Source: Asterionella formosa
Taxonomy: Eukaryota
Assembly (NCBI GenBank): GCA_002256025.1
Contig: NKIB01012718.1
Location: 1 to 64,000, forward strand
Direction of reading: 5' to 3'
DNA length: 64,000 nucleotides
Part shown: positions 23,901 to 35,773 of the stretch, piece by piece
How the letters are laid out: every line of letters begins with the position of its first letter
How positions within the stretch are numbered: position 1 is the first letter of the stretch
Position numbers and translations under genes: made by a program
Notes under the pieces: generated by a model
The model's database searches: none
Seen by the model: only the letters and a program-made list of their open reading frames with translations
What the model was told of the DNA's origin: nothing

Positions 23901-24736
23901 ATGATATTGTTGCGCGGGCAAATTCCAGTGGCAAGAATGGCAACGTAGTTTCATCACTCTGTGCTTTTTGCGCTCGGATGAAACGTGGAAATCTTTACAC
24001 TTGCGCCCGTCAAAATAGCTGTAACAAGCTCGTCTTGGCTCAGCATTTAGACGATTGTGCTGAATCCTTTCTCATGAGTGTGATGCACAATGGTTTCCTT
24101 CGCACCATGAAAGCAAATTACAGGATCAATGTGGGCGATATGTCGGTTATCAGACCAATGGTTTACTGCCGTGAAAGCTTAATGACTGAGTTCGCCAAAT
24201 CAGCCAATCTTCCTGTTATCAACGAGAACTGTCCTGCATGCTTTGAGGAACCCAAAGAGAGAGCGAGGATCAAAAAATTACTCACAAGAGAAGAGACTTT
24301 ATTTCCAAATTTTTATGATAATATTCGCAGGTCACTCATTCCTTTGATGCACGAGGACGCTACAGCAATTTTACGATGCTACACAGACGAGGCTATTTCT
24401 AAGAGTAAAAAGGAAAACAATAAGAAGATTTACCCGAATTATCCCGACAAAGTTAAGGTCAGTACCGATGAGAACCAGGCCTTGTCCGTTGATCATGTCG
24501 ACCATATAGGATCCGGCAGTGATGAGCACTACGAGAAACGCGCAATAGCCAGCATCTCCGAGGCCTCCGACGACGATTTGCTTATGGAGCTAGCCAGGCG
24601 AAAGGCAGATAAATTTCGACTCTCCGGTTCGATGCAGAAATCAAGAGATGATGGCTTGCCTTTGGACCCAACCGGCCAAGTTTGCTCTTTGAACGGAGGC
24701 GACAGAAGCATTCCTTGTCATGAGTTGATGGAGTAA
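20936..24736 (+). CDS. Fusion protein: class V PLP cysteine desulfurase-like domain + GYF-like linker domain + TtcA-type tRNA 2-thiolation PP-loop ATPase
   Basis: YCDQTAS, YGNTHT, GPYEHHSN, AASNVTG, FSPHKMLGG (PLP Lys) and QSRGGCQCSGPY. C-terminal LGLSGGKDS, CAFCARMKRG, LAQHLDD, IRPM and CPAC. One uninterrupted ORF; first ATG at 20936. Confidence 0.88.
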   Translation: MTTEETTANVKALECGPSLAEMEHDTDNELINHVHSRYSVAAGTVSSLRDSLAADVLTTTVPFESFTSPFETPASMKSTQKFLSVPLVYCDQTASNRPVQSIEDYVQQTCLPFYGNTHTNTSITGSQSTAFVAEARQIVAEGTNAKITGKASLDVVLFAGNGTTSAVELLIDCLGLKYAPQGTKPVVFVGPYEHHSNLVPWRESGCEIVMVPEREHKVDLQSLADLLQKGEYECRLKMGTFTAASNVTGKVSDVDAIAATLHRHGALAFFDYATGAPYLPMNMNPPPSVQYPSPSLIAKDAIFFSPHKMLGGVGTPGVLIVKKTLVNQVNAPSRSGGGTVFYVTNNRHRFLSNRIERYEGGTPNVAGIIRCGLTFLLKRKTEERYLLAAEKEGVPPTLLEYEYSTYRQVVRTLKERAPNLLLLGDGSSEHLPILPFLIRCGRRFLHYNYVCAVLNDVFGIQSRGGCQCSGPYSQRLLGLTEMTHDGIEVPNGVNEQVEYALVHFKERAELLRPGFTRLSLPFKGLRDEEVAYVVKALEWVSNHGWALMCQYRCNHRTGEWRHSNRQGKPLGTQRKWLSHYDILPTEKQDTPMTIENKRTVLEVLNQTMLNADALLYEAKRDHRFIAQAFKMNEAGESLGQDDAMLEQLRWFVYPKECSIWLTQKLESPPETRSHEILGALRPLVIGLDEVDPLDVESVKSALSGVELQQSYQRKRKANSAIVDPHGDHVTKGPVALVEPGIATLFDFQDGEHGGAASLEEIRAGFEDGEVSSKCVIFDALNDSWLPIVEFFLEKNNAIQLTTGPLPSNEMFGPAERVPSSNEVHAFGQVNDTRNQKKKPPRDCSMWGHGNKFNPVNSTNAHGVEDEKKESSEDVHLNQNNAIWKPSTNGSKGKGKRGKGIKPPVKLMRMITQAMVQWNMIEEGDRLLLGLSGGKDSMTLLHCLLELQRKLPINFIIEVCTIDPMTPSFDPSPLIPYVESLGLKFHYIRDDIVARANSSGKNGNVVSSLCAFCARMKRGNLYTCARQNSCNKLVLAQHLDDCAESFLMSVMHNGFLRTMKANYRINVGDMSVIRPMVYCRESLMTEFAKSANLPVINENCPACFEEPKERARIKKLLTREETLFPNFYDNIRRSLIPLMHEDATAILRCYTDEAISKSKKENNKKIYPNYPDKVKVSTDENQALSVDHVDHIGSGSDEHYEKRAIASISEASDDDLLMELARRKADKFRLSGSMQKSRDDGLPLDPTGQVCSLNGGDRSIPCHELME

Positions 24737-24890
24737 TCCTTACGATAATTCTTTCTATTCACTTGCATAGAAGGACCATCTAGCATATCAGTTGATCTAA
24801 TTTTGGGTGAACTCTTTTGTTCTGCTTGCACAGCACCGTATCTTACCAAACAACCTTTTATCTATCTCCTTTGTGAAACATTGCCATTTA

Positions 24891-26747
24891 CTACCTGTTG
24901 GACACGAGAATCGCCATTAAAATTACCAATGTGATTGTCGACACTACAATCAATACCATGAAGCCAATTTCCAACTTCGATCGCTGATAGATGGAACTGG
25001 GTGTAGAGATAGTTTCTTCTTTGCTTCGAAATTTCAAGGTGGGCATTTGAAAACCCATTTCCAAATCATTCGTTGTATAAGTAGCCTTGGTAGCATTCTC
25101 CCCGTCATCCTCGATCTGAGTGCCATCATACATTGTGGACACATCTTCTTGATCCACAAATGGAATGTTCACAGGTATCACCCGCATGATGAAGACATCA
25201 GCGGCAATCTCTTTGGTGATCTGTTGGTCAACGGTAGAGAGGTCGCTGGATGACGACGCGACATCAAACGACGTGACATATTGAACGTGTTCGAGTGCCA
25301 TAGTACTAATGTTGAGAAACGGTAGACTGTGTTCTCGTGGGACTGGAGGAAGAGGTCCCAAACAAGGTAGATTGTTCAATGACTTCGCAACTCTATTGCT
25401 TCCCGTCATCCTAGAATCACAAGTCAAGGGCGGTAGAATCACATCTTCGTCTTCGTGGACAGTACTATCGTAACTTGTTTCTTCAGATGTAAAACTTTCC
25501 GAATCTACTCGCTCGGAAGGGAAGCGCTGCAACTCTCGCTGAGAAGGTGTTGCAGGCCGTCTTGTGGGAAGATGTGGCTTTGAGCCAGTGCTATCAGCCT
25601 TGCTTTCAGACTTGCGTATAACCTTGCTTCCAGTAGTGTGTGGCAGGATCATGGTACCCCTTTCATGCTGGCTTGCTTCTTCTGAATTCGAACTTTTTGA
25701 ACCTGGACTCTCCGAGGCGGAGCTTTGCAACTCGCGTTGCGAAGGTGTTGCAGGACGTCTTGTGGGGAGATTTGGCTTTGAACCAGTGCTATCAGCCTCG
25801 CTCTCCGTCATACGAATGTTCTGGCTCCCAAAAGTTCTTGCTAGAGTCATTTTATCCCCTGCGTTGTGCATAGGCCACCCACGTCGTGTGCCTTCAGAAC
25901 GATCAGCATTTGAGGCACAGCTTGAGAGATCACCTGATCGAGAATTTGTGTTCAGGACGGACAACAAGGAACCATCATGCGATCCTGACTTTTGCGGTGA
26001 AAGATAGGTTTCTGATTCATCGGAATCGTAGGTCTCAGAAATATAACTCTCTGTTTCACCAGTGCTTAGGGTGAACGACTCTTCTCCACTAGCTTCACCG
26101 TCAGAATGGTATGTTTCAGACTCGCCTGTAATGAATGTTTCCAATTCGTCAGCGTCATCAGAGTCATAGCTACCAGATTCATACACTCCATCCTCTGCTT
26201 CTTTCACCAAGGTGTTCAAATCCGCGTTACTCTCTTCTTCGACGAGCGAAGTAACTTCAGTCGCTTTGCTTCCAGAGGTAGTCAGGCCAGTCTCGTGTGT
26301 AACCTCACTAATGGCGGAGCTGCCCAATGATACGTTTTCTCGTTTGCTGCTAGTGACCATCAGAAAGGCCTCATCAGAGCTATAGTCTGTTGATTGGGAG
26401 CCAGACCAACTTCCAGATCCATACTCGGTCGATTCCTCGGTGGAACCGTAGTCATGCCCGTCAAGAAGACTTGATAGAAGTTTGTTTCGACATGGTAGAG
26501 CCGCTCTTTTCACTGGAAGTTCCCCATCACTAGCATTCCGCAATCCCGACCCAGATGTGGACATAGAACCAATTGACTCAACAGATTTGATTGTGTACAA
26601 CTCCCGTGATATCGAGGACGAAAACTTTTGCCCCCGTTCGTTATCCAAGGATAGACTTTCAGAAGTGATTCTATGGGAGGCTCTAGCGGTTTCGGTTGGT
26701 TTCGGCATGGTGATATGAAATTTATGATCGTTCTCCTTTGTTGCCAT
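24891..26747 (-). CDS. Ser/Glu-rich low-complexity protein with a C-terminal transmembrane anchor
   Basis: 618-aa ORF ending IGFMVLIVVSTITLVILMAILVSNR. Internal repeat ADSTGSKPxLPTRRPATPSQRELQ occurs twice. Confidence 0.75.
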   Translation of the reverse strand: MATKENDHKFHITMPKPTETARASHRITSESLSLDNERGQKFSSSISRELYTIKSVESIGSMSTSGSGLRNASDGELPVKRAALPCRNKLLSSLLDGHDYGSTEESTEYGSGSWSGSQSTDYSSDEAFLMVTSSKRENVSLGSSAISEVTHETGLTTSGSKATEVTSLVEEESNADLNTLVKEAEDGVYESGSYDSDDADELETFITGESETYHSDGEASGEESFTLSTGETESYISETYDSDESETYLSPQKSGSHDGSLLSVLNTNSRSGDLSSCASNADRSEGTRRGWPMHNAGDKMTLARTFGSQNIRMTESEADSTGSKPNLPTRRPATPSQRELQSSASESPGSKSSNSEEASQHERGTMILPHTTGSKVIRKSESKADSTGSKPHLPTRRPATPSQRELQRFPSERVDSESFTSEETSYDSTVHEDEDVILPPLTCDSRMTGSNRVAKSLNNLPCLGPLPPVPREHSLPFLNISTMALEHVQYVTSFDVASSSSDLSTVDQQITKEIAADVFIMRVIPVNIPFVDQEDVSTMYDGTQIEDDGENATKATYTTNDLEMGFQMPTLKFRSKEETISTPSSIYQRSKLEIGFMVLIVVSTITLVILMAILVSNR

Positions 26748-28236
26748 TTACGGTCTCCTGTGCCGTCGAAGCGCCAATTATGTAAGTTGGATTGTTTGTC
26801 ATATTTGTGAGTAGTTTAGAGGCAGTAGCGGTGATGGAGCCAATTTTTCTAACTTACCGGGTTTTAACGTCCAACGCGACCGTTGAGATTTATTTTCGCT
26901 CGCACATGCTCCGTCATCATAGATCTTACATATTAATTCACATATGAATTTAACTGTCTATTACCTGGCTACTGTACCGTCATGTGAATAAAACCAGATT
27001 GAGATGCCTGTATGCTGTAGACTAGGGACACAGCTACAGTGGTATCCCGGTACCAGGTACCAGGTACCTGGTCCCAGCAAGGTGCGGTAGGAAGCAATTT
27101 TGCTGAAATGGACAACGTGACGCAGACAGGCGCTCAAAAAGACTACCGGTAAATTGAGAGCATCATCAACTCTCTCTTTGAATCAACAGAATCACGACTT
27201 GTTATTGACGTAAATGATTATTTCGTCTAAACACGGATCAAAACGAGAAAACACATGGAGCACTTGACATGTACTAATAGAATTCGGATGCCATGACTAA
27301 TAACATGTTTTGACCATTGGCCTGAAAATTTGTATACTAATCCTCTATCTCTCCTCCCTATTTGGCTGCTCCGAGAAATTAGGGGTATTGTTTTTGGTAT
27401 AGCGCAGTGAGATCTTGCTCAAATCAACGACTTGCTGGTCAGCACTTTCTGGGTGCCTTAATCCAATATCAAAATCACACACAGTCAGGAAATAGTTACC
27501 AGCAAGTCGTTAGATTGAGGATGTTCGTAAATCGGCTGCTCTGAGCAATCGAATTGCTTGCATAAATCATCATTGAAAAAATAGGTAAAAGTAAAATCCT
27601 ATGTAAATTGACAAAACCATGATGAAATATTTTTTATCTTGAATAGAAAAAATGGTGAAAATTTGTAATTATCGTGACAGATCGGCAAAGCAACAACAAT
27701 CTACCATGGCAGATGCAAATGGAAACCATTTAAGAGAAGAATTAGGAAAATGCTACTGTTCTACTGTACCAGAGGCCCATGCAAAGCGCCATGGCATCTA
27801 CTCTTGTGTTAAATGTGATAATTTTAGACTTTATTGAGCTTCTAAACCAGGTAGCCAAAAAAACCCAAGATGACTGTGGAAGGAGATTTCGTTGCTGTGC
27901 ACGCAATTTTGATGCTGATGATGGGGATCCAACAAGGCCTGTCACTACTAGCTATCTATGTTTCCTATTCATCCGAAAATCTAAAAACTACTCATTCTGG
28001 TTTGTTGCTGCGTGAGTAATATACATATTAATCCTCCAACAAAAAAAATCAAACCAATCAACAAAAATGTCAATTAAATTTTTTAGTACATTAAAGCTAT
28101 CCAATAATTGGACTCGGGCCCACCAAATAGATGGACACAATTAGTACCGGTTTTATTCGTCCGTACGGTACAACGGGACCTGTCTTTTCGTCAGCTGCAG
28201 CTCCCGGAACCCTAGGGACTACATGAAAAAGGCAAG

Positions 28237-28299
28237 TGGAGAATGCAGGAATCGAACCCGCCACCACAGTGGGTGTGCTAACCACTAAGCCATTCCCCC
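28237..28299 (-). ncRNA. tRNA-like Pol III unit or tRNA pseudogene with a shortened anticodon/variable region
   Basis: GGGGGAATGGCTTAGTGGTTAGCACACCCACTGTGGTGGCGGGTTCGATTCCTGCATTCTCCA contains an A box, a B box, a paired T arm and an acceptor stem, with TTTTT starting 7 nt downstream. Confidence 0.6.
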
Positions 28300-28939
28300 A
28301 AGCAAACCAATCAACAGCTGCCAGCCACCACCCATCCTCATCCTCAGCAGCCAGCCATAAGAAAGAAAGACCAAAAATGTTCATCAGCCCTTGCTTACCT
28401 ATCGGTTGATTGTTGCTTTGATGGACTTGTCTATCCAATGTATCTGTACAGAGAAAAGCTATTAGAGTGCAGCAGAAAGTTAATCAGGCAAAATATTTTC
28501 AAAACTCACCAGTTGCAGAGAACGATTGACTGAGCCACCATCATTGGCGGACTGAACTACACTGCCATAGACGCCAAATTGTGCTTCCTGGAGAAGCGTC
28601 GTCCGAATCGGAGCGAGGTGCTGCATGCCTGGATCAGCCTCAATAAAAAAGTCAAAAGAGTAAAAATAGAATGCAATGTCAATAATTCCATGGACACACG
28701 AGATGACACAATACAAACCAACTTACCGATTTGCCTTTGAAGAGCTCTTCCGTTTCCTTATGGTAAAAAATGGATTTATTGAACATTGCCTGCAAGCAAA
28801 TAATAGCGCAAAAGTGTTAGTGTCATTCACATGATTAGATGGTGTGGCATTGACAAAGTATTTGAGCCACCTACTGGCAGGGGTCAAGCTTGTGGATGCA
28901 TGAGCACGAGATCCGCAAACTAACGAACCGTTATTTCTC

Positions 28940-30452
28940 CAAAACAAATACCAAACAAGGGATTTATGTTTCCCCATGAAGATTCGTTTCGAGCAAGACA
29001 GTAAACAGGCATACCATGTAGTTATGAAAGACTTCTTCATTTTCTTGAAGAAGCTGAATGAAAGCTTACCTGTAAATGAGCTGGTTGGCACGGGCGTTGC
29101 AGCCTTTCCAGATGGTGAATGCAGAAGATATGTCCCGTCAGTGGAAATCCCTGTGTCTGGTGGCTCGTCTAGAAAGAGGACATGCTTTTGTCAATGCTGC
29201 ATGGTGGAAAGAGATTTAAGAGGACCCCCAGCCCAGCATGCCTACAGGTGTGCTCGTTGTGTAGTAGTAGACCTACAGCTTGATATATGCTATGATCAGG
29301 TTGTATGTGATACGTCCAACTTGACTGGCCAACATGAGCGCCGAGTTGATGTCGACTGCGAATACTACCCTAGTAGACCATTGTGGATGAATAGACAAAA
29401 TCTCTCAGGAATCATCCATGCTAGTCGATCCCAATCAAGTTGCAAAGACAGTAAATATTAAACATATTGATTTCATGAGTATCGGTAAAGGGGATGACAT
29501 CATTGGTGAGTACAACCAATTTCACATGACTGACATTTTAATAAGACCCCCTAACAGAGTACTTATATATGGAATGATGACCTGGAGGAACTACGAAGAT
29601 CACTACAAGAAGATATAGAAATCAAACAGAAAGTGGCAGGGATAAGGAGGGCTTTATGTAGCTAGAAACGAAGCTGTGACTGAGCTGGCTTTGATTACAG
29701 TCAAGCAAGCAATGCCATGCTTGCTTCCCTGTTCATGGCATGCCTCGCTATGGCAACGCCGAAAATGTCGAACCGACTTCGTTTAAACTAGCTATCACGA
29801 AGTTGTGATGGTTGAAGTGCTGGGAACGCTCACCAACCCTGCTTAATGCCTTTTCCCCTCTTTCTCAGGATAAAAATTGGTGGAAAGAGAAATTTTAACT
29901 CACACATGGGCAATAAAATATATAGAAGGAATAGATGCTGTTATTTGTTGCATTTTTGGCCAAGAATTGAACGAGAAAGAGCTGAGAACATCACATGAGA
30001 CGAATGCAGGGTTATTTTTTCAATGGGAAGAAAGCACGACAACCAAATATTGGGAAGTAATTCATTTTGCAGGGCAAGCGAAAGAATTTTTGGATGAAGG
30101 CATTGAAGAATTTCACACTCTCTGCGGTGACTTTATGGTTGAATGGGTCGCGTAGACAGGAACTCGAAATGTGACCAACTATGTGCACATGATTGGTGCT
30201 GGGCATCTAGTGTCCTGGCTAAAAATTTTCCGGCATCTGTTCAAATACTCAAATCAGCAGGGCTGGGAAGCAATGAATCAAAATCTCAAACAAGTTTACA
30301 TAAATGATTCTAAGCATAGAGGCAAATTTGGGAGGTGCCAAAATGTTGAAAAAAGGCCATGTTGATACTTTGTGGAGAGTTATCTTGCAAGGTCAACAAC
30401 AACGGTGTGGAAGACTGGGGAAGAAGCAGACGAATTCTTTAATCTACAGTAG
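28940..30452 (+). pseudogene. Decayed DNA transposase-like ORF, superfamily uncertain
   Basis: Broken colinear ORF fragments, including VTNYVHMIGAGHL...FKYSNQQGWEAMNQNLKQVY, resembling the C-terminal catalytic-Glu region of DDE transposases. Confidence 0.5.
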
Positions 30453-31350
30453 AATCAATCTATCATAGTGACTAATACTATAGCCTATTCTATTGTAGTC
30501 AATTTCATGCAAATATGATGAAGATTTTACAGTTAAGCAACTGTAGTTGCAAGCAATAATGCCGCATCTCATGTCATCACTGAAACTTCGCCAGTTGCAA
30601 CATCCTTCTCTGTCACCTACTTGTCGCTGCTGTTCAAACAGCCTACAACAATTTTAAAAACCCTACCATGTCTTAGATTGTTAAGATACTTACCATTAAA
30701 CAACAATAAGCCATAGGGAAGCGAACAAATGGTGTGACAATTCTATCGCCACCACATGATTCAACAAATCGCAGACAAACTCGTAAGATTAACATCATGG
30801 AGTCATACATGAAATCAACTCCACGGTAATTTAATTGCATCTTGACAGGGCCGGCTTGATTGTAGTTTGAATAGAACGGAAAAATAATTACTAGTATGTG
30901 CACTGAATCAAGTCTTCCAAGCCAAGTGGAAGAGAGGATGGTGTGATGCCTTGTGGGATTCAAATGTTGGTGCACAGTTGGGAGTGCCAATCCCAATGGT
31001 TCATCCAAAAGTCTCACGTAAATTCTGCATGTCAAGCTGTGATACTAAGCATATGTACTGCACATAGTTTGTTGTTGTATATACAACATGCACTGCCAGC
31101 TGTGCGGTAAGTTGCTTCTTGGAACGTTTGTAGGGGCCACTGATACCCATACATACTACTAGTAGCTAACTTGGATCATTGTCGCTTGTTCTTGTTTCGT
31201 TGTTTCGCCTCTGTACTTGATGCTCTACAAATTGCTGTTACACATACTTCCAAATTTGTTGTTTAACCCCATCAAAAGTTAGTATTACATTTGGGTAAAA
31301 AAGATCCGCCAGCTTGGATGATGAGACCTTGATGTGGAAAATGAACTCTC

Positions 31351-34047
31351 TGTTAGAAAATGTGGAAACGGACTCAACAGACTATAATGAAGGTACTGAA
31401 TGGATTCAAGTTTTAGGACTCATCAGACTATTATGAAGGAACTGAATGGATTCATATGACTAAAAAGAAACAGACCAAGGCCACGTCGTTGGCCAAGAAA
31501 GCGTCACCAACAAGGGTACCAAAATAGGTACCAGTTGCACTATGTAACATATGTGCTATGCTCATTCTTTTGTAGTTATCTGGTTCACATGACTAAAAAG
31601 AAACAGACCAAGGCCACGTCGTTGGCCAAGAAAGCGTCACCAACAAGGGTACCAAAATAGGTACCAGTTGCACTATATAACATATGGGCTATGCTCATTC
31701 TTTTGTAGTTATCTGGTTTACAGAAAAAAGCAGCAAGCCTCCCCTGTATTAGCTGCTGAGGAGTTTTAATTCGGCACTGCGGAAATGCTCCAAAATCAAC
31801 AAAATGGGACCAGACTCACTGCTATTATCAAGCAAGTCAAGAGCATGTATGTGAAACAGGGTTTTAACCTCACAGCATTACTGATGGATGGAAAATTTGA
31901 ATCACTACAAGGTGATCTAGCTAGTCTCAACATTACATTGAACACCGTAGCCAGCGATGAGCATGTGCCAGAGGTTGAACAATATATCTGCACAGTCAAG
32001 GAACGAGCACAGTGTGTATACAACATGCTGCCATTAAACAAATGTCTGCAAGAATGACCATTGAAATGATCTACTACAGTGTTTTCTGGCTAAACAGTTT
32101 CCCTCCCACTGTTGGAATTTACGACATGCTCAGCCCTCGTGCAATTTTGATTTGCTCCAAACTGGAATACACAAAACACTGTCAACTTGAGTTTGGCACA
32201 TACGCTCATGAAGAACATGACAATTCCATGGCTACTCGTACCACAGGCGCCATTGCTCTACAACCCACTGGTAATGCTCAAGTGCATACTATTTTTAGAG
32301 CTTAACTACTGGGCGAGTCTGCAACCGCAATCACTGGACAGCGCTACCAATGCCTGCAGAGGTTATTGACCGGGTTCATGTGCTTGCCCGTCGCACCGTT
32401 GGAGCGGGAGCTGCTGGACTAGCATTTACAGACCGAATTGGAAACCCTTTCATTGACCCAGCCAATGATGACAGCTCCAACAATGAGACATATACCCCTG
32501 ACACCTCTGACATGGATGACAATTATGATTCTGATGATGATGACACTGATAGTGAACAAGTAAACATGTCCAAGAAAGGAGGAAAACAAATCCTGTATGT
32601 TGATCTGAAGAAAGCCCTATATGGAACACTTCAGGCTGCCCTGCTATTCTGGAAGAAACTAACATCGCAGTTGGAAACATGGGGTTTCATTATTAACCCA
32701 TATGGCTCATGTGTCATGAATAAGATGATCAATGACAATCAGTGCACCATACTCTGGCATGTAGATGATTTAAAGATATCTCATGTGGAACATGAGGTTG
32801 TATCTGCAATAATCAAGCAACTGGAGGCAACATTTGGGCTAGAGGCCCCTCTAACAAAAACACGAGGAAAAATCCATGATTATTTGGGCATGATAATCGA
32901 CTTTAGCAAAAAAGGAAAGGTCAAAATATCTATGAAGGGTTACATTGTCAGGATATTGGCGGATCTACTACCTGAGATGGATGGGGATGCTGCTCCCCCA
33001 CTGGCATCAAATCATTTGTTCAAAGTAAATGAGCTTGACTCTATTAAGCTAAACACTGAAGAGGCGGTGCTGTTCCATCATACTGTGGCCAGACCACTAT
33101 TTTTATGCAAACGGGCTTGGCCTAAAATTCAAACTGCCGTTGCGTTCCTATGCACAAGAGTGAAATGTCCAGATGAGGATGACTACTACAAAAAACTGTG
33201 TCTTGTTATGAAATACTTACAAGGAACAATCAATATGCAGCTGACATTAGAAACAGACAACGTCAAGATCGTAAAATGGTGGGTTGACGCCTCGTTTGCA
33301 GTGCACCCAGACATGAAGAGTCACACTGGAGGACGAGCAATGACCCTAGGCAAGGGCATCACATATGGCACATCAACCCGACAGAAAATTTAAAAAAAAA
33401 GTTCAACCAAGGGTGAGCTTGTAGGGGTGAATGATGTAATGCCTCAAGTTCTCTGGACTAGGTACTTTTTGGAAGCTCAGGGATATACAATTTCTGACAG
33501 TGATGTAGCAGGATAACCAGATTGCAATCCTATTGGAGAAGAATGGAAAAGCATCCAGCAGCAAGCATACTCGAGACATCAATATTCGATATTTTTTGTG
33601 ATGGATTGGATTGCCTCTTGTGAGGTCTCTGTGCAATACTGCCCAGCTGAACACATGATTGCAGATTTTTACCAAGCCCCTTCAGGATGCAGTTTTCAAG
33701 AAATTTAGGGACCAGATTAAGAAAGTGGATCCTACAAACTCAAGCTTGCAGGATCACAGGAGTGTTTTAGAAAATGTGGAATCGGACTCATCAGACTATA
33801 ATGGAGGTACTGAATGGATTCATGTGACTAAATAGAAACAGAACAAGGCCACGTCTTCGGCCAAGAAAGCATCACCAACAAGGGTACCAAAATAGGTGCC
33901 AGGTGCACTTTATAATAATGTGGGCTATGATCATTCTTTTATTGTTATCTGGTTTACATCGATAAAGCCTCCCCTGTATGCTTGTATTCTGGACGTTGCT
34001 GTCTTATTTTTCACAACTGAACTCGAGTCACACTTGTGGATTTAACA
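31351..34047 (+). mobile_element. Internally deleted Ty1/copia (CoDi-like) LTR retrotransposon
   Basis: TGTTA...TAACA termini flanked by a CTCTC duplication (31346-31350 and 34048-34052). The 3' LTR (33763-34047) follows GATCACAGGAG. Remnants of integrase (EHVPEVEQYI), RT (KALYGTLQAALLFW, HVDDLK) and RNase H (WWVDASFAVHPDMKSHTGG). Confidence 0.92.
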
Positions 34048-35773
34048 CTCTCATCCAAATCCAAACACGTCCTTCGAGCAGGTTGATTTTTTTCATTTTA
34101 TGCATTATCATTCATAACTTCAAATAACTCTCCATCTTAATTCATGAACCTCTGGTAGAAAGCGGCGTTATTGATTCCATGGGGGGAGAATGCATGGGAG
34201 AATAATGCTGGTGAATGAAAACAGGAAGAATACTATGCCATGGGCATCATGTGATGGAACCCACAAAATCAACATGCTTGGAGAGACAATCAATTTCGAG
34301 ATGGCCAGATTCAGGAGGTGCTTGAGGGAAGTGTTGAATCCGAAGAAAGTTCTTGCTGATAACTTACTTCTGTAGGATCAACAAAGGATTTTCCATCTAA
34401 AAATCTACCGATTGACCTGTCCATGAGCCTTATGAACTCAAAAGAATGAAGGGTGATACCTAGTGACATTCATGTTTATCATTCAATCAGCCTCTGATTG
34501 ACTAGCAAATGTAGTTATAATATTTGCCTCATAATGCTTGAGTTGGTGCTAGCCTAGTTGTCTGGCCAGATTGAATGACAAGACCTTTTTTGCACAGGAC
34601 ATCAATTGTGCTCTTATTTTTCCATCAACATTGCATTTGTTTGCCCAATATATTGTGCTTCTCCGCTTTACCCACCAAACGACATATGTAATGTTTACAC
34701 AAATGAAATGATCAGAACATATTCATTAGGTTCTTGCTCATTTAGGGTTATCTCACAAACCATGATCCAAAACAAGTTGATGATCTTGTGCTGTTAGATC
34801 CCTTCTCACATGCTTGTTGAGAAGTGGTGCTTTTTATTGCGAGATGTTACAGCGGACATGATAGCCTCATCATCTGAAAATGCAGCTCCTCATATTCTAA
34901 AATGATCATGCTGGAAATGGAAATTGACTTTGATAGCAATTTTTCATCATGTTCTTCTTCATCGATGCATGAACTGTCACTTAATGAGCAAAAGCTCTTT
35001 GACCAAAAACAGTTCTATAAGCAAAGGCTTCATAGAAGTGCTTCTAATGTCTGCTCCCTATAGACAACCTGTGATCCTCCGTCAAGATGAAGGACATGTA
35101 GACTGTGTTGCTGCACCATTCTTTAGCCTCTGCAAGCAGCCTTTGCCCATTGTCTGGACCCCAGTAATTGGAATCTCCTACTTCGATTTTACAGAATTCT
35201 CCACTCTGCCACCGTTGATCGCAATGGTTGGAACCTTCTACATGCCTGCTCAGAGGGTTGCAAAAAATTTGAAACATACAATGATTCTGACAACAAGCTC
35301 ATAGAAACGATAAGGCAAATTCATCAATTGAATGGTCATTCCATTCGTCATGCGATTTTTTTTCTGATGACCCTTCAGCTCACTGTTTTAAACTTTGTGG
35401 AAGGCACTAATGAAGGTATCACTCTTCATGGTGTGACAGGATTCTCTGTCAAAGGGCTACAAAGACTACCTTACTCAAGTCATGGTTTCTCAGATTGTGA
35501 ACTAATTGTAATTATTTCTAAACTATCAATCTTACTGAATTGATCCTGCTAAATTCAATCTTATCAAATGCAACTCAAGGCTTTTACTCCAACTAAGTTT
35601 GATCCCACATTTAGTTCCATAAGTCATTTCACAATTTGACTCTTTAGACTCTCAAGATCACCCAGAGTTTCTATAACCTCCAACATTAGTTTCTATCTAT
35701 TATTGCAGAGATTTTTCATTGGTTGTCTCAGTAACTGCACCTTTCATAGTAAAATCAAATTCTACATAAAAAC

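Noticed and set aside
34053..35540. Possible decayed ORF interrupted by the copia insertion
   Set aside because: Many stops in the frames I translated and no family recognised.
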